Virus record (IMG/VR): IMGVR_UViG_3300025928_000007
Coordinates: 5,114-69,113 of that record
Length of the DNA stretch: 64,000 nt
Reading direction: 5' to 3' (one strand)
Source of the DNA: a virus
The position numbers were made by a program, and so were the translations under genes. The notes beneath the pieces are model-generated. The model made no database searches. It saw nothing but the letters and a program-made list of their open reading frames with translations, and had not been told where the DNA came from. Below, in pieces: positions 57,571 to 64,000 of this stretch; within the stretch, counting starts at the first letter, position 1, and the number at the start of each line of letters is the position of its first letter.

Positions 57571-57984
57571 TCAGGACCCGGCGTCACTGCCTGAATCGTC
57601 GTCGGAAACCGCTCTTTGCGGGTTGGTGTCATACCGGCGAGTCTGTTGCTGGCGAATGCGGACAAGCTCCGTGCTGAGCTTGAAAACCTCTAGCTGAAGC
57701 TCCTGCGCCATGGTGTTGACGCGGCGCAGTTCTTCCTCTAGCTGGTCGATGGCAGCCTCGTAAATGCGCTTGGCACGGTCGAATGCCTCATCGTCTATCC
57801 GGCGCAGGTAGGCGCTCGGGGTCGCCTCGGACTTGGTAATGTTGCTGGCACGGGTAGACGCGATCCAGATCACGATGGAGATCACGGTACCGATGATGGC
57901 CAGCCCGATACCGAGAACCGTGCCGGGGTCAAGATGGAAACCATCAGCGCTGGGGGTTGCCAGGAGGCTATCAATTATCACCAT
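57571..57984 (-). CDS. Single-TM coiled-coil membrane protein
   Basis: VLGIGLAIIGTVISIVIWIA followed by heptad repeats. Confidence 0.7.
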   Translation of the reverse strand: MVIIDSLLATPSADGFHLDPGTVLGIGLAIIGTVISIVIWIASTRASNITKSEATPSAYLRRIDDEAFDRAKRIYEAAIDQLEEELRRVNTMAQELQLEVFKLSTELVRIRQQQTRRYDTNPQRAVSDDDSGSDAGS

Positions 57985-58390
57985 TGAAGTCCCCCAGGTT
58001 GAACGGACGGTGTTCCGGCCAGTAGGAGACGATAGCGGTAACCCCCGCGAAGGCATACCAAATGACAGCGGCTGCCCATTCCCTCGGCACGACTGGATGG
58101 ATCACCCAGCTATACAGGATCATGGACGCCCAGAAAATCTTCAGGGCGACCGCCGAGGTAAAGCCGATACGGTCCAGCCGGGCGAATGCCTGGACGAGGC
58201 AGACGAGGCCCACGAAGAACCACATAATTCCCCATGTCCGTGCCGGGATAACGGTGTCATACGCCTGGGATATCGGCGTTGGGTCGATATACACCGACCA
58301 CCCAAACAGGGTGTCCAGCAGCGCGAGAAACAGGAGAAAACTACCACGCCTGCCAATACGCCCTATCAGCCTCCGCACGGCGTTAGTCAT
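57971..58390 (-). CDS. 4-TM membrane protein
   Basis: GRRGSFLLFLA...WPEHRPF; paralogue of the next gene. Confidence 0.75.
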   Translation of the reverse strand: MTNAVRRLIGRIGRRGSFLLFLALLDTLFGWSVYIDPTPISQAYDTVIPARTWGIMWFFVGLVCLVQAFARLDRIGFTSAVALKIFWASMILYSWVIHPVVPREWAAAVIWYAFAGVTAIVSYWPEHRPFNLGDFNGDN

Positions 58391-58826
58391 GGTCGTCTCC
58401 ATCAAAATCTTCTAGCGTGAACGGCCGGTGCTCGGGCCAGTTTGAAACAATGGCTGTTACTCCTGCGAAGGCGAACCACTTGACCGCCATCGGGAAAGCA
58501 TTAGGGTTTGTGCCGGTGTAGGCCCAGGAGTAGAACAGGATCAGCGCCCAGGTGGTAATGAGGCCAACCGATGCGGAGAAGGCAATCCGGTCCTGCTTCG
58601 CGAACGACTGGATAGCGCACACGGCTGTCACGGCGGAGAAGATGACCGCCCATACCGAGTGGGCCAGGATGAGGTCTACGCCCGGCCCGGCGAAGGGTGC
58701 CGTGTTGGTCCACAGTTCCCAGGCTTGAACCGCACCAGCGATGGCGAGGAACATCAGGTATGCGCCCCGGCGGCCTACACGGCTGACGAGACCTGACTTT
58801 ATGCGCCCCCGTACGCGCGTGTGCAT
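58383..58826 (-). CDS. 4-TM membrane protein
   Basis: GRRGAYLMFLA...WPEHRPF. Confidence 0.75.
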   Translation of the reverse strand: MHTRVRGRIKSGLVSRVGRRGAYLMFLAIAGAVQAWELWTNTAPFAGPGVDLILAHSVWAVIFSAVTAVCAIQSFAKQDRIAFSASVGLITTWALILFYSWAYTGTNPNAFPMAVKWFAFAGVTAIVSNWPEHRPFTLEDFDGDDHD

Positions 58827-58833
58827 ACCACAG

Positions 58834-59439
58834 TCACCACACAGGAACCGGTCGGCTCATCCAGCCATTGTCGAGGCCCCAGCGCATGCAGTCAGCCGGG
58901 CACACATAGTCCGGGCTCTCCGTAGCGGCGGTCAATAGCGGGCCGATGTCCACATGCATGGCCTCCTGCTCGCGCACCACGGTACCGGAGCAGATGGCCA
59001 TCTTCTTGTTCGCGAATAGCTGCTCGAACGGAACATGAAGATGTGCCACCGTCGCCAGGTACCAGGCATAGGCGCGCACATCATAATGCATGCCCACCAT
59101 GCCCTTCGCCGCACCCACGCCCACGAGAAGCTGGGCGTCCGACAGTGGCTGCCCGGTAGCCCAGATCACATCGGACTGGGCCGTGGCCCGGCTGATCTCC
59201 ACCTTGGGCCATTCGGCCTGCACGATGGCCGGTGCGATATCCGGCTTTAGCTCGGTGCCGAAGTTGTGGTTACCGATGAAGATGACACAGTGCCCCGCCC
59301 AGGAGGCGTCCCTGTCACCATGCGGGAAACGTGCCTTCCGGGTCATGCGCATCTGCGCGTCACGAATGGCGGTGCCGAAGAAACCGGTACCGTGGGCGCA
59401 GCCCCACATGCCCGGCCTCAGATCACTTGGAAGCTCCAT
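58834..59439 (-). CDS. Permuted papain-like amidase (NlpC/P60, YaeF/YiiX type)
   Basis: LRPG...GHCVIFIG (His first)...GMHYD...ICSG (Cys last). Confidence 0.7.
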   Translation of the reverse strand: MELPSDLRPGMWGCAHGTGFFGTAIRDAQMRMTRKARFPHGDRDASWAGHCVIFIGNHNFGTELKPDIAPAIVQAEWPKVEISRATAQSDVIWATGQPLSDAQLLVGVGAAKGMVGMHYDVRAYAWYLATVAHLHVPFEQLFANKKMAICSGTVVREQEAMHVDIGPLLTAATESPDYVCPADCMRWGLDNGWMSRPVPVW

Positions 59440-59956
59440 CCTTGCTCCTGTTTGCTCGTGTCTTGTTTTGGAGATCGGCTATACCGGTCCTGGTCTTGAC
59501 CTCCACCAGGCCAAGACGAGCCCTATCCGCCGGGGAGAATCCAAGCTGAGACAGGCACTTGCGAATGGTAGCCTCCAGCATTCTCATTTCCTTGAGAAGC
59601 GGATTCGCCACCACCATACCCTTGACATAACCCTTGACCACAAGCCCTGTCTTGTTGACCTCATCGCGGAATGCCTCCAAGTCATCATAGGCGCGGGCGA
59701 TCTGCTCCACCCAGTGATAGTCCTCAGCGGGGTGCAGCCAGACGATGCCCGCCTCCCAAATCTTGTCCCACTCCCTCAGGCCACGCTCCTTCAGGCCCTC
59801 CGGAGCGGCCGGGATATCGATCACACGACCGGTAATGACACGCCCGGGAGTGGTGGCCACATCCGTGCCGGGCCTGCGGCCATCGGGCCTCCTGCCATCC
59901 CCACGTGCCTGCGCGGCCTGTCGCTCAAGAGGGATCGGCGGACGCCCCGCTGGCAT
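59423..59956 (-). CDS. terS: Terminase small subunit (P27-like)
   Basis: MPAGRPPIP, P..P..L...G.REW, NP.L, LGFSPADRARLG; TAATG coupling. Confidence 0.85.
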   Translation of the reverse strand: MPAGRPPIPLERQAAQARGDGRRPDGRRPGTDVATTPGRVITGRVIDIPAAPEGLKERGLREWDKIWEAGIVWLHPAEDYHWVEQIARAYDDLEAFRDEVNKTGLVVKGYVKGMVVANPLLKEMRMLEATIRKCLSQLGFSPADRARLGLVEVKTRTGIADLQNKTRANRSKDGASK

Positions 59957-60627
59957 TACTGCCCGATCAGCGCGGGAACCGTCTGCCAGTTCTGGGCGAA
60001 TGCCTGCTGAAGCTGGTGGATACGGATCATCGTCGCGTTTACATCCGGCATCAGGGCGCACATCCAGCGGTCAGCCGGAAACTCCGCCGTCACATCCTTG
60101 CGGTTCGGAATCGCGCCATCCTGCTCATCCCAGAGGTTAGCCGCGCTGTTAGTGCCACCCGCGAAGCGGGGGATCAGGTGGTCGAGTTCACCATTGACGC
60201 CACCTGACGGAATCCCATACAGGGTGGCGATCTGGCCGAACTTCAGCGCATTCGTCTCACTCTCCGGAGCGCGGAGATTGCGCCATGAGTCGCTCATCGT
60301 GTAATGGCCGGGGGTGCCAGTAGGCACGCACAGATCAGACGGGCCAATGGCCGGGTCATACGCGCCCGGGGTGCAGTGTGAATCCGGCAGATTACCCGAT
60401 GGTGTCGTCGTGATATGGCATGGTCCCGTAACCGGGAATGCCTGGACATGGCCGGTCTCCGTGGTCTGGACCGGGCCTGGCCCCGGTGAGACTGTCGCGG
60501 AGGGTGAGGCTGATACAGAGGGTGAGGCTGGTGGTGTGGTCGAGAACGTGCCCGAGGATGTATAACTTGAGCATGCCGTCAGCGCAGCCGTCGCGGCTGT
60601 CGCTATCGCCAGGAGGATGCGTCTCAT
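59956..60627 (-). CDS. Lipoprotein with HNH-like motif
   Basis: Lipobox LTA-C; Ser/Pro/Thr linker; LPD.HCTPG; ELDHLIP...GGTN...NLW...N.KD. Confidence 0.75.
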   Translation of the reverse strand: MRRILLAIATAATAALTACSSYTSSGTFSTTPPASPSVSASPSATVSPGPGPVQTTETGHVQAFPVTGPCHITTTPSGNLPDSHCTPGAYDPAIGPSDLCVPTGTPGHYTMSDSWRNLRAPESETNALKFGQIATLYGIPSGGVNGELDHLIPRFAGGTNSAANLWDEQDGAIPNRKDVTAEFPADRWMCALMPDVNATMIRIHQLQQAFAQNWQTVPALIGQ

Positions 60628-60793
60628 TGACTGCCTTTCGTATGAATATGGCTGATGCCCAGAACTCCTGTAGCGCGCCTTCCGGCATCATGCTCAGGGC
60701 CTCATCGGTTATGGACGATACTACGCGCCCTTCATCATCCGTGGCTTCCCACTGCTGTCTGCGGTCATTGTGCCGCCACGAGACGAGAGACAC

Positions 60794-61198
60794 CTATGCT
60801 TCTCCAACCCACGCAACTACATCTTCGACATGATCTGGTGGCATGAACCATTCACCATCCGGGCGAATACGGTGCCGCCCGAAGTGCTCATGGAGCCAGC
60901 GCTCCTCACCATAGGCGCTAGGGGTATAGGTGACACCCTTGACCTCCAGCCGCCACGGACAGCCCGTCTGGAGGGTCTGGAGGCGCTTCTGGAGGTTGTT
61001 AGTCACGCCAATCTTGATGGGCCTGATGTTCGGGTCCTCGAACCCGATGATGTAGACGCACAGGTTCGGGTCGGGCAATCTCTTGGCGGACCCATCGTGC
61101 GGGAACGCCCTCGATCTCTGCGGGGGTGGACGCCCTCTGCCGGGCTGCCGGGAGGCGTCTCGGAGCGCCCGGTCCCACAATCGCGCCCATGCGCCCAT
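60794..61198 (-). CDS. GIY-YIG nuclease (T5orf172/MUG113-like)
   Basis: VYIIG...IKIGVT...RLQTLQTGCP...E..LH..F...GEWF; GGGAGG RBS. Confidence 0.8.
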   Translation of the reverse strand: MGAWARLWDRALRDASRQPGRGRPPPQRSRAFPHDGSAKRLPDPNLCVYIIGFEDPNIRPIKIGVTNNLQKRLQTLQTGCPWRLEVKGVTYTPSAYGEERWLHEHFGRHRIRPDGEWFMPPDHVEDVVAWVGEA

Positions 61199-61457
61199 CC
61201 TGGCCTCCCGTCACTTCGACCCTATATGGCACTGTACCACCCATAGCGGACGGATGACCCCACCAGACATATGTCAGGTGCTTGTGCATGAAGTACAGGA
61301 CGCCCATGCTGATCGCGAACCCAATCCAGCTAATGACCGCCAGAACCACGAAGGCGACGAAGATGGCATGGGCGAGTACCCAAATAAGGGCCGCCGCGCC
61401 GATGGTTCCCAGGAGGGTTCCACCCGCTCCCTTCGGCTCACAACAGCAGCATGCCAT
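60999..61457 (-). CDS. Small membrane protein coupled to the translocase (Spd-like?)
   Basis: TAATG coupling; MACCCC N-terminus; two TM helices. Confidence 0.65.
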   Translation of the reverse strand: MACCCCEPKGAGGTLLGTIGAAALIWVLAHAIFVAFVVLAVISWIGFAISMGVLYFMHKHLTYVWWGHPSAMGGTVPYRVEVTGGQDGRMGAIVGPGAPRRLPAARQRASTPAEIEGVPARWVRQEIARPEPVRLHHRVRGPEHQAHQDWRD

Positions 61458-63274
61458 TACTTCGCCCTTCCTTCGAACCAGGTCTCGATCTCATCGCGCC
61501 AGTATTCCTTCGGACGGCCCTGCTGGTTCAAGCGTATACCACAGTGCTCGGGGAACTCCGGGTCACGGAAGGCGGCATTGCGGAGGGCCTTACCGTTCAT
61601 CGGGACGATGCCCTTGTCCGCTACCTCCTGAAGGGTTACCTTCTGGCGCTCCTGAACGATCTCCGCCTCAACAATCGCCTCGGAGTCAGAGCTTCCCCTG
61701 GTCAGCGCTGGGGCAGAAGGATCAAGGGTCCTTGCCTCGGGGTCAAGCCGTGGGTCGTTAACGGTGTCCTTCGGGAATGGTGTAATCTGGCCACTGGATG
61801 CGAAATCCCTAGCTTCCCGGCCGCCAACCATGGCTGCCTGGCACTCACGGACAATAGCGGTAACGACCTGGATATGGCCCGGCTTCATCGTGCGTGTGCG
61901 TGGCATGTCGAACTCCGGAACCAGCATACGCCAGTTGTTCTTGGTGTACCGGCCGAGGATTCGGACACCCATGTTCTCACGCGCTGCGCCCGAGCCAGCG
62001 GCGAGGGCGGTCATCATCTGTGCCACCGCGAAGATGTTCACGCGAACCTGGCGGCCCATGAACAGAGCGGTCTCCATAGCGGTGATAGCGGGTGACTTCT
62101 TCGGTGCTGTCGGAGCCCGGTTGTCATTCCACCATACGCGCAGGCGCGCGTTCATTTCGTTCAGTTCTTCTGCGATCACCAGAAGGCGGGGGCCGACGTT
62201 GGCGAGAATGTTGCCCTCGACATCATGGCTCCTGTCCGCGATACGAGTCCGGATTTCGATCTCATTGGACAGCCATATGAGGGCCGCATGAATCTCGTCG
62301 GTGCTTGCCGCATAGCGGACGTTTGGCAGGCCCTTAGCCCAGGCATGAGAAATGCGCTTCGGGTCAAGGATGAGTACGATACCGCCATTGTGAAGAACCT
62401 GTGCGGCAACGAGACGGGCGAGCACGGACTTACCACCACCCGCGCCGATGGAAAGGCCGAAGTGCGGCGAGTCAGCCGCGAGGCTAACCTTTACCGGAAG
62501 GTCACCACGGCCGAGGCCAAGCACAACGGCGTCCTCACCGGCCTTCTCGATTTCGAGGGCGATGTCGGCCAGACTCACCTCGGGCGGCGGGGCCTTGCGG
62601 TTCTTGATGTCCACATAGGAGTCGTCACCCTCTAGGTGCCATTCGGCATCGGACTCCGGGTGCCATCCCATCGTCTCAGTGACAACCTGAACAAAACGGC
62701 CCCGCTCCTCCGGGGTGCCATTCCAGTTCTTCGGCATCTGGAATCTGGCTGCCTGCCGCTTCGGGTCGGTAAACCTGATCCAGCGGCTTCCTCCCCGGCC
62801 GCCGTGGAGTGGCCTGTTCGCATGCGGGGCTACAGCCCTGTGAAGAATGGTCGCATGCTTGCGGTGGCCCCTGACCTTCTCCAGCCTGTACACTCTCCAT
62901 GCCGCCTCTAGCATGAGTCCTGCTCCCATCACGAATACGAGGAACCACAATGGCTGGGCATCCGTGAGGAATGCCATGCCGAACAGTGGCGGCCCAATGG
63001 TGAGGCCAGTCCTGATACCGGCTCTATGTGCGCGTGCCTTGAAATGATAATGGACGGAGCCCGGGTCGTACATGTGCCGGTAACGGCGGTCGGCGTCATT
63101 CCTTACCCATGGTGGAAGCCCTCCGGAGAACCAGCGCCAGAGCACGAACAAATGGCCGTGGTGGTTCATCATCGCCTTGATGTGGCCAATCCAGCCAGCG
63201 ATAAAGAGCACGATGATAACGAGGACGACGAGTGCCGCCACAAAGAGGTCCGCGTGTAGCTGTGCCATAGTCAT
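61457..63274 (-). CDS. Membrane-anchored FtsK/SpoIIIE-family (TraB-like) DNA translocase
   Basis: N-terminal TMs; SPH...GAGGGKS Walker A; LDPK; LLVIAEE Walker B; GRQ.....AQ; RENMG; C-terminal HTH-like tail. Confidence 0.82.
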   Translation of the reverse strand: MTMAQLHADLFVAALVVLVIIVLFIAGWIGHIKAMMNHHGHLFVLWRWFSGGLPPWVRNDADRRYRHMYDPGSVHYHFKARAHRAGIRTGLTIGPPLFGMAFLTDAQPLWFLVFVMGAGLMLEAAWRVYRLEKVRGHRKHATILHRAVAPHANRPLHGGRGGSRWIRFTDPKRQAARFQMPKNWNGTPEERGRFVQVVTETMGWHPESDAEWHLEGDDSYVDIKNRKAPPPEVSLADIALEIEKAGEDAVVLGLGRGDLPVKVSLAADSPHFGLSIGAGGGKSVLARLVAAQVLHNGGIVLILDPKRISHAWAKGLPNVRYAASTDEIHAALIWLSNEIEIRTRIADRSHDVEGNILANVGPRLLVIAEELNEMNARLRVWWNDNRAPTAPKKSPAITAMETALFMGRQVRVNIFAVAQMMTALAAGSGAARENMGVRILGRYTKNNWRMLVPEFDMPRTRTMKPGHIQVVTAIVRECQAAMVGGREARDFASSGQITPFPKDTVNDPRLDPEARTLDPSAPALTRGSSDSEAIVEAEIVQERQKVTLQEVADKGIVPMNGKALRNAAFRDPEFPEHCGIRLNQQGRPKEYWRDEIETWFEGRAK

Positions 63275-63492
63275 AGTCTTTCGCCTCTTATCTTGCGGAG
63301 CAAGAAAGGTGTGGGCAAAAGGATTGCGCTTTTACTCCGCGCGCTTTATCTCGCCTGCCTAACCTCTCGGCTCGCTAGCTTCTCGCTCGCCTTCCTTCTC
63401 GTCTGCCGAACTGATCTAATTTGGCGTTTACATTCCCGCCGGATTACTGGCCGGTAACTTCAAATCACATCCGTGTAACACGTCATTCCGGC

Positions 63493-63521
63493 TTGCCATT
63501 CCGGCCGGTGTCCTGTAAGCT
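63493..63521 (+). promoter_or_regulatory. SigA/HrdB-type promoter (leaderless transcript)
   Basis: TTGCCA-N17-TAAGCT, ATG 6 nt downstream. Confidence 0.6.
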
Positions 63522-63527
63522 GATAGC

Positions 63528-63824
63528 ATGACAACGAACCGGAAGCCCGCCATCCAGGTCAAGATCCACCATGGCAAGATCGTTCCCATCGTGAAGGCCG
63601 GTCACTGGCTGCACGTGGAAGGCTTCACCGCCCTGGTGATCATTGCCATTATAACAGTTGCCCGGATCGTCAAGATCATCGGCTGCCTGGTGTGGTCCGC
63701 TGGGTGCCTGATCGTTCCCCCGATTGCCCGGCTGGTCCCCCGCTATGCGCCCCGGCTTACCCGGCTCGTCCTCCGCTACGCGGCCGGGATCTACCTGGCC
63801 TTCCAAGCCTTCTACACACACTAG
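63528..63824 (+). CDS. Small hydrophobic/basic membrane protein
   Basis: Leaderless ATG; internal 33-nt (11-aa) repeat ARLVPRYAP / TRLVLRYAA. Confidence 0.55.
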   Translation: MTTNRKPAIQVKIHHGKIVPIVKAGHWLHVEGFTALVIIAIITVARIVKIIGCLVWSAGCLIVPPIARLVPRYAPRLTRLVLRYAAGIYLAFQAFYTH

Positions 63825-64000
63825 GGGTTACCGTGCAGTTCCTATGGTCACCAGCGTTCACGCGCCCAGGCGCACTAACCATCACCGCGCGAGACTGCGC
63901 GATCTGCTCCCGGCTTAACCCGGGTGAGGACTGCATTTGTGCCAGTGTCGAGTTCGGCAGCGCTGAATACTTCGCGCGCCTTGACGCGCTGCACGGTCGG

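Noticed and set aside
60392-60793. 133-aa ORF between GIY-YIG and lipoprotein genes
   Set aside because: The first 55 codons fill the gap plausibly, but the rest overlaps the lipoprotein by 236 nt; not confident enough to call
1-64000. Integrase, repressor or ParAB lysogeny module
   Set aside because: No recombinase or partition motifs recognised; they could lie outside the window, so lifestyle is undetermined

Overview
The window is most or all of a high-GC tailed dsDNA phage genome (siphovirus-type, probably infecting an actinomycete) with two converging arms. The + arm (about 1.8-31.7 kb) carries early, replication and nucleotide genes: rIIA/rIIB, SLOG protein, PD-(D/E)XK exonuclease, DnaB-like helicase, endonuclease VII, split primase, vWA protein, family A DNA polymerase, HAD 5'-nucleotidase, dNTP pyrophosphohydrolase, class II RNR and RtcB. 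The - arm (about 63.3-31.8 kb) carries packaging, HK97-type head, non-contractile tail and lysis genes. I found no integrase, repressor, ParAB, tRNA or CRISPR array. The most striking features are: (1) a membrane-anchored TraB/FtsK-like DNA translocase plus a small membrane protein at the head of the packaging operon, suggesting a phage that may also move DNA cell-to-cell; (2) five exported or lipoprotein cargo genes, including an HNH-fold lipoprotein where the packaging HNH normally sits; (3) a 190-bp AT-rich cluster of nested palindromes between divergent genes; (4) a 2288-aa tail-tip protein with a GH26-like hydrolase inserted inside a repeat module; (5) a PolA with His at the 762 site and Asp at the steric gate. 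All functional calls come from motif recognition by eye; no database searches were run.
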